Shown here piece by piece: positions 1-9,777 of a stretch of 64,000 nt of DNA (the stretch's first letter is position 1; every line of letters begins with the position of its first letter). The notes under the pieces were generated by a model that was given only the letters and a program-made list of their open reading frames with translations, had not been told where the DNA came from and searched no databases. A program made the translations under genes and the position numbers. The stretch is taken from contig OZ244207.1 in the NCBI GenBank assembly GCA_965216875.1, forward strand, positions 5,088,001 to 5,152,000, given 5' to 3'. The DNA comes from Rubripirellula sp. Its GTDB lineage: Bacteria; Planctomycetota; Planctomycetia; Pirellulales; Pirellulaceae.

Positions 1-66
1 AGGCTGGAAGAGACCTCTTCGGTTGCTAGAATCAGCAGCAAATCTGCATCCCAATCACCATTCAAT

Positions 67-1692
67 TTGAGTAGTCCGTTGACTGAAGTTCGCCGCAAAC
101 CTGTCGTCCTGATCGTCCGTGATGGCTGGGGTGAAAACCCCTATCCCGAATGGAATCACGCCAACGCGGTTCATCTGGCCAAGACACCCGTCGCCGATGC
201 GTTGATGGAAAAGTACCCCACCGTTCTGATCCACACCTCTGGCGAAGATGTCGGCCTGCCCGCTGGCGTGATGGGCAATAGCGAAGTGGGGCACCAGAAC
301 ATCGGTGCTGGGCGGATTGTCGACCAAGAAGTGATGCGAATCACCCGTTCGATTCGCGACGAGTCTTTCTTCGCCAACAAGGTCCTCGGCGAAGCAGTCG
401 AGCATGTCAAATCGACCGGCGGCACGCTGCACCTGCTTGGCTTGATGTCCGACGGTCGTGTCCACAGCGACCTTGACCACGCATTGGCGATCGTCGAACT
501 TGTCAAACGCTCGGGACTCGACGCCGACAAGTTTGCCGTTCACGCCATCACCGACGGCCGCGACACCTCACCGACCGGTGGAATCAATTACGTCAAAACG
601 CTCGAAGACAAACTGACCGATGCTGGCGTCGGACGAATGGCGAGTGTCATCGGACGCTTCTACGCCATGGATCGCGACTTGCGATGGGAACGCGTCGAAG
701 CAGCCTACAAGATGATGACTCAGGGCGCTGACGAGTCGGCCGACACCGCCGGCGAAGCCATTCAACGCTACTACGACAACCCAACCGAAAGCAGCCGCAA
801 AGGCGACGAGTTCATCACGGCGACGACCATCAACGGATCGTCAAACGGCTTGGTCAAAGATGGCGATGCCGTCATCTTCTTGAATTACCGCGGTGACCGT
901 ACACGTGAAATCACCAAAGCGTTTGTCCTTGATGACGAAGCCTGGTCCAACATCGATGGCGGCGGCTTCGATCGCGGCAAAAAGATCGACAACCTCTACT
1001 TTGCAACGATGACCGGCTACGAATCTGGCCTGCCGGTAAACGTGATCTTCGAAAAGCGACCCAAGATGCCAAACATCCTTGGCGAATACGTCACGTCGCT
1101 TGGGTTGAATCAATTCCGATGTGCGGAAACGGAAAAGTACCCCCACGTCACCTTCTTCTTTAACGACTATCGCGACGATCCGTTCCCGGGCGAGCAGCGA
1201 GAAATGGCCCCGTCCCGTCGCGACGTTTCCACCTACGACCAAGTCCCAGCGATGTCGGCCGAAGAGATCACCGAAAAAGTACTCGCCGCAATCTCTGACG
1301 ACACTTGTGAGTTGATCGTGGTCAACTACGCCAACGGAGATATGGTCGGCCACACCGGAAGCCTGCAAGCCGCCATTGACGCCGTCGAAACGGTGGACGC
1401 TTGCGTGGGACGTGTTGTCGACGCCGCTTTGGAAAAAGGCGGTTCGCTTGTCGTCACCGCGGACCACGGAAACTGCGAACAGATGACCGACCCCGAGACG
1501 GGTGGACCGCACACCGCACACACCACCTATGACGTGCCGTTGATTGTGGTCGAACCAGGTTTGGAAGGTGTCGAACTTCGCACTGGCGGACGACTCGCCG
1601 ACATCGCACCGACCGTCTTGGAGCTGATGGGAGTTCCCGTCCCCGAGGAAATGACCGGTGAGCCGCTATTAAGTGTCCCCGCCAAAGCGTGA
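67..1692 (+). CDS. gpmI: 2,3-bisphosphoglycerate-independent phosphoglycerate mutase
   Basis: Motifs KPVVLIVRDGWG, GNSEVGH (catalytic Ser), DGRD, GRFYAMDRD, AETEKYPHVTFFF, NGDMVGHTG, TADHGN; TTG start. Confidence 0.96.
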   Translation: MSSPLTEVRRKPVVLIVRDGWGENPYPEWNHANAVHLAKTPVADALMEKYPTVLIHTSGEDVGLPAGVMGNSEVGHQNIGAGRIVDQEVMRITRSIRDESFFANKVLGEAVEHVKSTGGTLHLLGLMSDGRVHSDLDHALAIVELVKRSGLDADKFAVHAITDGRDTSPTGGINYVKTLEDKLTDAGVGRMASVIGRFYAMDRDLRWERVEAAYKMMTQGADESADTAGEAIQRYYDNPTESSRKGDEFITATTINGSSNGLVKDGDAVIFLNYRGDRTREITKAFVLDDEAWSNIDGGGFDRGKKIDNLYFATMTGYESGLPVNVIFEKRPKMPNILGEYVTSLGLNQFRCAETEKYPHVTFFFNDYRDDPFPGEQREMAPSRRDVSTYDQVPAMSAEEITEKVLAAISDDTCELIVVNYANGDMVGHTGSLQAAIDAVETVDACVGRVVDAALEKGGSLVVTADHGNCEQMTDPETGGPHTAHTTYDVPLIVVEPGLEGVELRTGGRLADIAPTVLELMGVPVPEEMTGEPLLSVPAKA

Positions 1693-1705
1693 TGCCACCT
1701 CCCAC

Positions 1706-1754
1706 CTCGTTACCACGCTCTGCGTGGTAACGCACTCTTGGACGCTCCGCGTCC
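1706..1754. repeat. REP-like palindromic element, family D (CTCGTYACCACGCTC..GCGTGGTRACGCACTCTT..GGACGCTCCGCGTCC)
   Basis: Near-identical copy at 51185-51235; internal hairpin; both copies lie just after a stop codon. Confidence 0.75.
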
Positions 1755-1763
1755 CTAGGCACC

Positions 1764-1841
1764 TGAGCCGTACGCGCTAGCGTCGGGCCCTACGAGAGAC
1801 GCAAAAAGAGCACAAGGCCCGACGCTGGCGCGTTCGGCTCA
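1764..1841. repeat. REP-like inverted doublet, family B (TGAGCCG...CGGCTCA)
   Basis: 26-bp arms at 1764-1789 and 1816-1841 with 2 mismatches, between convergent genes; related arms at 5834-5862, 9830-9911 and 14259-14284. Confidence 0.75.
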
Positions 1842-3107
1842 CTACTTTGGCTTGCTTCTTGCTTCTTTCGCTTTGCGGCGGCGTTCGACCAATCGCTTGA
1901 TCTTCTCTTCGCGTTTCTTTAGTCGCTCAACACGCTGGCGGTACTTCTGTTCGCGCTCCTTCAATCGCCTCGATTTCTCTTTCACACGGCGACTCGCTTT
2001 TCGAACGCGTTCTTCGCGTTCGGTGAGCGATCGCTCGGATGTGGAACCTTCCGATTGCTGCTGCGCCTTCTGAGCATCGGTGGTCACTTCGGAAACGTCT
2101 TCGGGCTCCGCCGACGCCTCAGGCGTTTCTTCGGATTGCCTGCGTCCTAGTTTCGCCGCAATCCAGTCAGGGCTGACAAAAATCATATTGGCCCCGATCA
2201 TCATCACGCCAAAGGTGATCATGCCCAGGAACAATGCGATCCCACCGTGGACGGCGACGGCGACTGCCAAAACGATCGGACGCGTCAGACGTGGCCAAAC
2301 GAGCGCGCAGTAAAAGACTTCCCAAAACAGCGTCGCGTGGGTCATCGCCGAGAAGAGCCACGGGTAATGCGCCATCCAGGTCATGTTCATCGACTGGTAT
2401 TCGTAGTTGCCAACGGAATACCAAACCGCCGTACCATCCCACCACGTTTGCCCACGTGCTTTAGACAAGCCGCCAAAGAGATAGATGACGCAAAGATGAA
2501 GTTGCAGCAGTCGAGTCGCAACGTTCGCACCGACACTTGGCGAATCATCCGGAAACAGAATACGAAACCAACGTTTGTCGCTGAGTTTTGATGCGAGCTT
2601 CTTGCGCAGCACCGCGTCAACCGACAGACAGCTTCCGCAGGGCGAGAGCATCAAATACATCGTGCTGTATGTGACAATCTGATCGAGTCCGAAAAGGTGT
2701 CCTGTCAGACGATGCAAGTACATCAACTGAAAAAAGAGCGCAAGCGGCACCGTGATGCGGGTCAGCAAACCTGCTGCAAACATGGCAGTGACGAGGATCG
2801 TCAACGCATGATGAGCCCAAAGAAGTCCCGCGCTGTCGATGTGCCACAGGTAGCTGCGTGCCGCATCAGCATCAAAGAAGGATCCGTCGTGTAACTTGAG
2901 GGCGGTTTCGTTGTTGATCCAAGCCGTTTCGCCAAGAAACGAAGTCAGGTCGGTTGCCAACACAAGGTGCGAATACAGCAGCATCGATCCAGCGATGATG
3001 CGCAAGATGCAAAGTGTGTGCGGCAGACGCGGCGCGAACCAAAAACGATCCCAAGCGGCAACATACCCGGCTCCCCACTGTTTCAATGACGCGGTCAACG
3101 CACTCAT
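1842..3107 (-). CDS. HTTM-domain (SdpB / vitamin K-dependent gamma-carboxylase-like) membrane protein with basic coiled-coil tail
   Basis: WDRFWF..LRI, AGLLTR, LSVDA, RLLQLHLCVIYLFGGLSK..G..WWDGTA, TLFWE, VHGGI..LGM..F pattern; multiple TM segments. Confidence 0.8.
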   Translation of the reverse strand: MSALTASLKQWGAGYVAAWDRFWFAPRLPHTLCILRIIAGSMLLYSHLVLATDLTSFLGETAWINNETALKLHDGSFFDADAARSYLWHIDSAGLLWAHHALTILVTAMFAAGLLTRITVPLALFFQLMYLHRLTGHLFGLDQIVTYSTMYLMLSPCGSCLSVDAVLRKKLASKLSDKRWFRILFPDDSPSVGANVATRLLQLHLCVIYLFGGLSKARGQTWWDGTAVWYSVGNYEYQSMNMTWMAHYPWLFSAMTHATLFWEVFYCALVWPRLTRPIVLAVAVAVHGGIALFLGMITFGVMMIGANMIFVSPDWIAAKLGRRQSEETPEASAEPEDVSEVTTDAQKAQQQSEGSTSERSLTEREERVRKASRRVKEKSRRLKEREQKYRQRVERLKKREEKIKRLVERRRKAKEARSKPK

Positions 3108-3928
3108 GGCGAATCCTCCACTGAGGATTCGCCCGAAACTCCCTCGCTGCTACCAGCGACTAAATCGTCGGCGGCTGTGCGCGTTGCGTCTTCGGAGTCG
3201 TTTTCGTCTTGGGCAGCCGGCAGGGTCTCGTTGGCTGGCGAACCTTGTGCACCTTCGACCGCTGGAACCGGAGCACCCTCGGCAGCTGGAAGCGGAATGG
3301 CTTCGGTCGCAACGGGGGCACCGATGTCGACCGGATCATCAAGCAGGACGCGGTAAAGACGCTGGTCATCGAGAGGGATGGGGTCGTTTTGGTAGTCGAT
3401 CACGTTGGGGATCAAATGCTCGACACGGCGAATGGCAACTTCGCTGCCCGGGTTTTCGTGCTCAAGGTGCTCGGTGACCGAAAGCCGAACTTGCGTATAC
3501 CGATCGCGAGCGCGCCGCCACAGCTCAGCCGTTTCGGGTTCGAGCTCAATCATGTCGGCCGGAGGACCTGGCGGCTGATAGATTTCTTCCAAATACTCGG
3601 TCAGCATGAAATGACGGTGGTACATCAACCGCGGCCATTGGTCGTTGCGGTCGGGATACATTCGCTCGGAGGTTTGGCCGTTGGTGGTGACCGCTACTTG
3701 AACCAGATGACTGGGACCTGGATCGGGAGCGAAGAAGGCATAGCCACGGTTGATGTAAAGGAACTGGCCATACGCATCGACGGGGCGCAAGACGGAATTG
3801 ACCGAAGGTGATGTCCCCAGCGGGCCGCGCGCTTGAAACGCCAGTGGCGGGGCCACTACAGCAACCAAGTGCCAGACGATCAACAGGCTAAAGACGATTC
3901 GCAGTGAGCGTTTGATGGGTGCGGTCAT
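3104..3928 (-). CDS. Hypothetical membrane-anchored protein, SdpA/DUF5819-like partner of the HTTM protein
   Basis: N-terminal TM (LLIVWHLVAVV), GYAFFAPDP motif, 4-nt overlap with the HTTM gene. Confidence 0.65.
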   Translation of the reverse strand: MTAPIKRSLRIVFSLLIVWHLVAVVAPPLAFQARGPLGTSPSVNSVLRPVDAYGQFLYINRGYAFFAPDPGPSHLVQVAVTTNGQTSERMYPDRNDQWPRLMYHRHFMLTEYLEEIYQPPGPPADMIELEPETAELWRRARDRYTQVRLSVTEHLEHENPGSEVAIRRVEHLIPNVIDYQNDPIPLDDQRLYRVLLDDPVDIGAPVATEAIPLPAAEGAPVPAVEGAQGSPANETLPAAQDENDSEDATRTAADDLVAGSSEGVSGESSVEDSP

Positions 3929-4067
3929 CGAAGTCGATTGGACGCAGGTCGAAAGAAAAGTCCTTGGAGCGTCTCCATCGCTCTACGGTAACTCGACCAA
4001 CTGCGATGTACAGAAGGAATGTTGTGTTGAGTCGGTTCGGGGTAGCGCTACAAGCCTGCACGTTTTA

Positions 4068-4171
4068 ACACTCTCCCTCGGGAGAGTCGGGCTCTAAGGC
4101 CCGGTGAGGGTTTGTATGGACGATTCGCTCCCCGGACTTTGCGTCCGACCCTCCCGCACGCGGGGAGGGTG
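4068..4171. repeat. Palindromic repeat family C (CTCTCCC..GGGAGAG ... GACTTTGCGTCCGACCCTCCC..GGGAGGGT)
   Basis: Second copy at 32569-32675. Confidence 0.75.
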
Positions 4172-4186
4172 ATTGTTGTCTAGCGC

Positions 4187-4222
4187 AAAAAGAAAACGCA
4201 TTCGCTTTCACGAACGCGTTTT
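4187..4222 (-). terminator. Rho-independent terminator of the TIGR03000 gene
   Basis: Minus strand AAAACGCGTTCG-TGAAAG-CGAATGCGTTTT followed by CTTTTT. Confidence 0.7.
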
Positions 4223-4252
4223 CCATCTAAGTTCCATTTCGATGCTAGTGAA

Positions 4253-5455
4253 CTAGCGTCGAGCAATTTCGTCAGGATTGAAATCGAAAGTCAATTCCGT
4301 GGTGCTTCCTGCTTCCACGTTGACAGTGCGTTCTTTGCTGACGGTTTCGCCGTTGATTTGCGACGAGACGCGAATCGTGTAACCGGCCCATTTCTCACCA
4401 GCTTTGAGTTGCTTGGTGCGGAAGACGCGCGTCGCGCCCTTTCCGGCGGTGTCGTTGCCGGCAAGGTTAACCTTCGCGTTCTCTGGAACGTGCAAGCGAA
4501 CCACGGTCACCAAGTCTTCTTCGACGACTGGCTTGACTTCTTCAGCTTCCTGTGGCTCAGGAGCGTCGAAGGTCATGCTTTGCTTGTCGCCAGGACGAAG
4601 CTTGACCGACTTGCTTTCGGTTTTGGCTTCACCATCGACGTCGTAGGTGACGTTCACAACGTAGGTGTAAACGAATCCGGTCTTCAAACCCTTCGACATG
4701 AACTGACGAGTCATGCCGCCACTCTTGGTTTCGTGTCCGTTCACGGTCACGCGTGCCGAGTCAAAGGGAACGTTGACGGTCAGCGTTGCCGAATCGTCAA
4801 TGTCAAGCGAAGGACGTGCAACTTTGTAAGCGCCATCCAATTTTGGCTGTTGTGGTTTGCTTTGAGCAACCACGCGGCTCGACGAAGTCGAAGCGACGCG
4901 TGATGATTCGTAACGCGTGGTGGCACCAAGCGAAACGGAGTGCACAACGTTGCTCGAGTAAGAGACGGAGCCAGTGCTTCCGCCCGACGATCCACCACTG
5001 CTGCCATAGCTGGTGACGTAACCACCGCTGCTGCCGCCTGAGGATCCGCCACTGCTGCCGTGACGCGCTGCGCGACGAGCGCGGATCTTGGCCATCATGC
5101 GTTTGAGAGGTCCAACACGACCTCCGCTGCTGCCGCCCGAGGATCCACCGCTGCTGCCGTGCGAGCTGTGCGAAACGACGCCGCCAGAAGAACCGCCAGA
5201 CGATCCGCCCGAGGATCCCCAAGAGCCGCCTCCGCTGCTACCACCGGACGATCCACTGTGACGGGCGGCGATGCGAGCACGCATGTTGCTAAACAATCCA
5301 CCGCCACTGCTTCCACCCGATGACGACCAACCACCGGACGATCCGCCCGATGAGCCCCCGGAGGAGCCACCCCACGAGTTGGCCTCAGCAAGGCCTCCCG
5401 TCGTGGCAAAGAAGGCCAGCACCGCAGTGCAGGTCAGAAAACGAAAATACGTCAT
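4253..5455 (-). CDS. Secreted TIGR03000 (planctomycete) tandem-domain protein with Gly/Ser-rich N-terminal region
   Basis: Signal peptide; (GSSG)n tracts; two C-terminal domains of the type LTVNVP..ARVTVNG..T...G..R.F.S..L..G..Y.Y. Confidence 0.8.
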   Translation of the reverse strand: MTYFRFLTCTAVLAFFATTGGLAEANSWGGSSGGSSGGSSGGWSSSGGSSGGGLFSNMRARIAARHSGSSGGSSGGGSWGSSGGSSGGSSGGVVSHSSHGSSGGSSGGSSGGRVGPLKRMMAKIRARRAARHGSSGGSSGGSSGGYVTSYGSSGGSSGGSTGSVSYSSNVVHSVSLGATTRYESSRVASTSSSRVVAQSKPQQPKLDGAYKVARPSLDIDDSATLTVNVPFDSARVTVNGHETKSGGMTRQFMSKGLKTGFVYTYVVNVTYDVDGEAKTESKSVKLRPGDKQSMTFDAPEPQEAEEVKPVVEEDLVTVVRLHVPENAKVNLAGNDTAGKGATRVFRTKQLKAGEKWAGYTIRVSSQINGETVSKERTVNVEAGSTTELTFDFNPDEIARR

Positions 5456-5765
5456 GGCTGCCTGTTCCTCTCCTGCAAATATTCTTCAAAGCATGTTTCC
5501 ACTCATGCCGTCCCCGTTTGAGGGTGCCAACGGCAGCCAGTAGCTTAGCGGCATAAATGCGCGAAACAAGCAGGTTCGGCAAAATTTGCGGCCTGCGAAA
5601 GCGAGAAAAAACAGAGAAGATTGGCCCCCTGGATTCGGATCAACGCCGACTCACTCAGGGGACCTGCAAATCTCAACCTTGAAGCGACTTTTTGCCACAA
5701 CGTGGCTGCCGACGCGCAGTGGTGTTTCGGAACCGCGCATCGTTCAAAGCCCGGCCGCTTACGCC

Positions 5766-5862
5766 GTAGGCCGGATCAAGGAGCGACAGCGACGCAGATC
5801 CGGCAAGCTCCAAAACGACGTTCCCGAAACAAAGCCCGGCCGCTGACGCGATCGCGGCTCAC
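5766..5862. repeat. Composite REP cluster (GTAGGCCGGATCAAGGAGCG..GATCCGGCA plus family B arm)
   Basis: Near-identical composite at 9778-9911. Confidence 0.75.
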
Positions 5863-5865
5863 AAA

Positions 5866-7134
5866 TCAGTCAACAACTTCGATCGCAACTTCGTCGAAAT
5901 CGGCCGTTCCGGTGGCGCCGAAGAGTCCAATCCGCAAGATCGCCTCGCGTGTGTCGAGGGGAACGCGAATCAAACGACTCGGATCCTTCCACGTTCGCGT
6001 GCCTCGAAAAGGCCCCAACCAAAACGTGCCCAAATCGCGTCGGAGCTCGTCGTAAAGGCTGATGGCAATCATTGGCAACGCTTCGACGTTGGGCCCTTTC
6101 TTGACATCCTCGACCCGCACGCGACCCTTCAAGCGGATCATCGAAACTTCACGTCCATCGATGGCAATCCCTTGAAGCAGATGCGAGTTGAGTCCTGGTG
6201 TCTTATTGGTGAACCGCGCAAACGCCTTGCCTTCGGCGGCCGAACCAAACCGCCCGCTCGAGAGCATGCGGCGGACTTGTCGGCCGTAGTACCAACCGGG
6301 CACAAAATCGACGAGCTTCTTCTCGTCGTCACTCGGCGGCGTCTCGAACGTTCCATTGACGACGCTCGGATTCGCACCGTCGGGAAGTCGCTGGCGATTG
6401 TCTTCGGCTTCGCCGGTCATCGGTACAAAGAGTGTTGGCCGCAACGCTTCGCGTTCGAGCTTGCCGTTCTTTTTGGTCATTCGGTAGAGCGTTTGTTGAT
6501 AGCGCTCGCCAACCGGAATGATCAGCTGGCCGCCTTCTCGCAACTGATCGACGAGTGGCTTGGGTACCGATTCAGGGCTGCAGGTCACGATGATCTTGTC
6601 GAACGGTGCGGCGTCGGGCCAACCGAGGAAGCCGTCGCCAATCCGCGTCGAAACGTTCTCGTAGCCAAGTCGACTGAGCGTGCGTGCGGCTTGTTCGCCC
6701 AAATCAACCACGATCTCGATCGAATAAACATGCTCCACCAGCGGACTGAGCACGGCCGCCTGGTAACCACTGCCAGTTCCAATTTCGAGCACCTTGTCGG
6801 TCGGCTGCGGGTCAAGTGCTTCGGTCATCGAAGCAACAATGAACGGGCTACTGATCGTTTGAGATTCGCCAATCGGCAGCGCCATATCCATATAGGCCTG
6901 GTCCCTCAGTGCGTCGGGGACAAACTCGTGACGGAGCGTGTTTCGAATGGAGTCAAGCACACGTTTGTCTCGCACCCCTGCGGTCGCGATTCGATCTCGC
7001 ACCAAGCGGTGTCGCGCATCTTCGAACCGATCGTTCGCGTTCGCATCACAGGGCGCCAACGAGACCAACAGAATGGCAAGGACCGCGATGGCGGGTCGTT
7101 TCAGAAACATGGTCTTCCAACCTCTACGCTTCAT
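5866..7134 (-). CDS. pcm: Protein-L-isoaspartate O-methyltransferase with signal peptide and extra C-terminal domain
   Basis: RHEFVP, ALPIGESQTISSP, VLEIGTGSGYQAA, GDGFLGWP..APFDKIIVT, GGQLIIPVG, LFVPM; start may be at 7110. Confidence 0.88.
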   Translation of the reverse strand: MKRRGWKTMFLKRPAIAVLAILLVSLAPCDANANDRFEDARHRLVRDRIATAGVRDKRVLDSIRNTLRHEFVPDALRDQAYMDMALPIGESQTISSPFIVASMTEALDPQPTDKVLEIGTGSGYQAAVLSPLVEHVYSIEIVVDLGEQAARTLSRLGYENVSTRIGDGFLGWPDAAPFDKIIVTCSPESVPKPLVDQLREGGQLIIPVGERYQQTLYRMTKKNGKLEREALRPTLFVPMTGEAEDNRQRLPDGANPSVVNGTFETPPSDDEKKLVDFVPGWYYGRQVRRMLSSGRFGSAAEGKAFARFTNKTPGLNSHLLQGIAIDGREVSMIRLKGRVRVEDVKKGPNVEALPMIAISLYDELRRDLGTFWLGPFRGTRTWKDPSRLIRVPLDTREAILRIGLFGATGTADFDEVAIEVVD

Positions 7135-8029
7135 CTTCGGGCTGATCTAACAATGATAACTGACTGGCAGGCTTTGGCGGCCAAGGGACGTTGAATCGGT
7201 GGTCGGGATTGCCTTGTGCAAATCGGTCGGCAAAACGTCTGGCGAACGTTGGTGCGAGGGCATCGTCGGGTGCGTGCGCAAAGATGAATGGCTGCAAACC
7301 ATCATTGATCCATCGTCCTACAATCGGAACCCACTGATCAACAAATCGATCGGCCATCGGCAACGTGTTGCGTCCCACCAAACGCAGGACGGGGTGTTTC
7401 CCGGTGATTGTCTGCCGCACCGGTGTTTGTGGCTTGCGGCGTTGCGATTCGGTTTCGATTTCGTCGTCCGGTGGCGATTGAAAAAGCGCTCGGCTATCGA
7501 ACAGCACTTTGTCGACGTGATGTCGTGTCAACAGATCGTTAAGGCGGTGTTCGTTGTCAGACGAGTCGAACCAACCTGGGTGCCGAAGTTCGACGGCCCA
7601 GGCGAGGTCGCGCGGCAAGAGATGCAAGAAATGGGCCAGGACCTTCAATTGATCGGGGCCGAAATGGGGTGAAAGCTGCAAAAAGGTCGGCCCCAATCGG
7701 TCGGCTTCGGCAAGCGGTTCGATCGCGCCGAGAAACGCGGACAACTCGGCATCCGATCCCACGAGTTGTTGGTCGTGCGAAATCACTCGCGGTAGCTTCA
7801 AGACGAACTTGAATCCAGGTTCAGTTTGCTCGGCCCAGCGCCGCGTCGTTTCGACGGTCGGCGTCGCGTAGAACGTGCTGTTACCCTCGACCGTGTTGAA
7901 GGTGCGACTGTACCAACGAAGCCACTCGCGGCGTGGCGTGCGTGGCGGATAGACTTGGTCGGCCCACTTGTCGCACGACCAAATCGGACAACCGAGGTGA
8001 ATCGGCCAGGAAGGGGATCCCGCCTGCAT
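7124..8029 (-). CDS. DUF72 (YecE-like) family protein
   Basis: LGCPIW, YSRTFNTVEGNSTFYA, FKFVLKLPRVISH, LQLSP.F, AVELRH..W. Confidence 0.9.
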   Translation of the reverse strand: MQAGSPSWPIHLGCPIWSCDKWADQVYPPRTPRREWLRWYSRTFNTVEGNSTFYATPTVETTRRWAEQTEPGFKFVLKLPRVISHDQQLVGSDAELSAFLGAIEPLAEADRLGPTFLQLSPHFGPDQLKVLAHFLHLLPRDLAWAVELRHPGWFDSSDNEHRLNDLLTRHHVDKVLFDSRALFQSPPDDEIETESQRRKPQTPVRQTITGKHPVLRLVGRNTLPMADRFVDQWVPIVGRWINDGLQPFIFAHAPDDALAPTFARRFADRFAQGNPDHRFNVPWPPKPASQLSLLDQPEDEA

Positions 8030-8031
8030 CG

Positions 8032-9615
8032 CTAGCGGCCCGGTCGTAACAGGACCGGCAATCCGAAGATATCGCGGAACAATCCCGAGTTCTCACGCAT
8101 CGAGATCTGTTCGAGCGAAACATCGTCAACGCCCGGCACATTGATTGCCAAGCGTTTGCCTTCACGCACACATTCGATTTCGCGAATGCGCCCGCTACGC
8201 GTGTCATCAAGCGAGATAGCGAGTCGCAAAATGGCAGCCAATTTCGAAACCACAACGCGTTCTTCCTGTGGCAACGTTCCGTATCCATCATGCGATGGCT
8301 GCGGGTAGGCGCGGCGATGGTACCGCACCACGAGGCCAACGTTCAGAAGCTCAGCACGAGACAAACCAAACAGTTCACTGTTTCGAATCAAGTAAAGCGC
8401 GTGTTTGTGATTGCTGCGAGTGTTGACGATCAACCCGATCTCGTGAAGCAACGCAGCCACAAACAGAATCACTTCGTGGCGACTATCAAGGCCATGTTCG
8501 TCGCGCAATTGGTCGAAAAGTTTATGAGCAAGTTCGGCAACGTTGCGGGCGTGGTTTTCGTCAAAATCAAATTTACGGCCAAGCGTCAGTGCGGAACGCA
8601 CGATTTGATTGCGAAACTCTTCAGTCCAACTGCCGCCGACCGCCATGTCGTGCAACAAACCGTCACGCAAGTTCGTGTCGCAGACATAGACGTGTGGCAA
8701 ATCAAAATGCTGTGCCAGCATCGTGTAGGCAAGAATCGCCGGTGCCAACGTTTCCGCTTCGATAAAGCTTGCCCCATACTTTTTGACGATCCCATCATCA
8801 TCGAGCGACAAGACTTCATCAGTGAACCGGGCCAGTTTTTCGGTTGGGAGCTCGGCGAGCGATGCGCCGTCCCAATCGCGCAACAAACGACGAGCAGCCA
8901 AGCGAACATCACCGCCAAGGGCAACCAAGTGGATGGGCGTGCTGCGATCGACAAACGCACCAATCTGGACGAGCGTTCGGCGAATGTGACTTTCAAGCAT
9001 CGATCGGCGACGCGTTCGATTCGTGCGAGCGGAATCGAGCGTCTTCAACAATCGCAACGATCCAAGCCGAAACGTTTGGCTGTGCAACACATTGCCGCCG
9101 CGGATCACCAACAGTTCCGTGCTGCCGCCACCCACCTCGACGACCACCGCTTTGCCGTCAGCCAATTCGTCATGGCCAAGCAAATGGGGCGTGACGCCCA
9201 TGTAGGTGACACGGTTGACTTCCGCTTCATCAATGGGATCGACGTTGAAGCCCGTTGCGATGAACACCCGGTCGGCAAACGCCAAACGGTTACTCGCTTC
9301 GCGCACGGCCGATGTCGCGACCACTCGCACGTCTTCGGACGAAGTGATTCCGTATTCCTGCAGCACCCGTCGGTAGCGCTGCAGAACACCAATCGCTTTT
9401 TCGATGCTCTTGCGAGACAAGCGACGCGTCTCAAATGCCTCGCGTCCCAAATCGACCGACTGCACCAAGGTGTCAAGCGTGCGAACTTCACCGCCAGCAT
9501 GGATTTCGGCGATTTCCATTCGAATGCTCGTCGCGCCAATATCGATCACCGCCACGACTCGCGGGCCAACCGATGCGGTCGAGGAAAGAGAGGGATGCGG
9601 AATGGACTGCGACAT
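8032..9615 (-). CDS. ppx: Exopolyphosphatase, Ppx/GppA family, with C-terminal HD-like domain
   Basis: AVIDIGATSIRM, VATSAVREASN, VEVGGGSTE, LGSLR, LRDG, AALLHEIG, YHRR. Confidence 0.9.
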   Translation of the reverse strand: MSQSIPHPSLSSTASVGPRVVAVIDIGATSIRMEIAEIHAGGEVRTLDTLVQSVDLGREAFETRRLSRKSIEKAIGVLQRYRRVLQEYGITSSEDVRVVATSAVREASNRLAFADRVFIATGFNVDPIDEAEVNRVTYMGVTPHLLGHDELADGKAVVVEVGGGSTELLVIRGGNVLHSQTFRLGSLRLLKTLDSARTNRTRRRSMLESHIRRTLVQIGAFVDRSTPIHLVALGGDVRLAARRLLRDWDGASLAELPTEKLARFTDEVLSLDDDGIVKKYGASFIEAETLAPAILAYTMLAQHFDLPHVYVCDTNLRDGLLHDMAVGGSWTEEFRNQIVRSALTLGRKFDFDENHARNVAELAHKLFDQLRDEHGLDSRHEVILFVAALLHEIGLIVNTRSNHKHALYLIRNSELFGLSRAELLNVGLVVRYHRRAYPQPSHDGYGTLPQEERVVVSKLAAILRLAISLDDTRSGRIREIECVREGKRLAINVPGVDDVSLEQISMRENSGLFRDIFGLPVLLRPGR

Positions 9616-9777
9616 TGATTCTCGCGCGTGAACAGTTCGTAAATGAATCGAGTGAGATTGGCCGACCAGGACCTTTCATCATATCGGCTTACGGCTCCGA
9701 ACCCCAAGACAGGATTAGCTCCAGAATCGCCGGTTTCACGCGAATCGGCGGTAAATATCGGCATCCCGGCAATCGGT

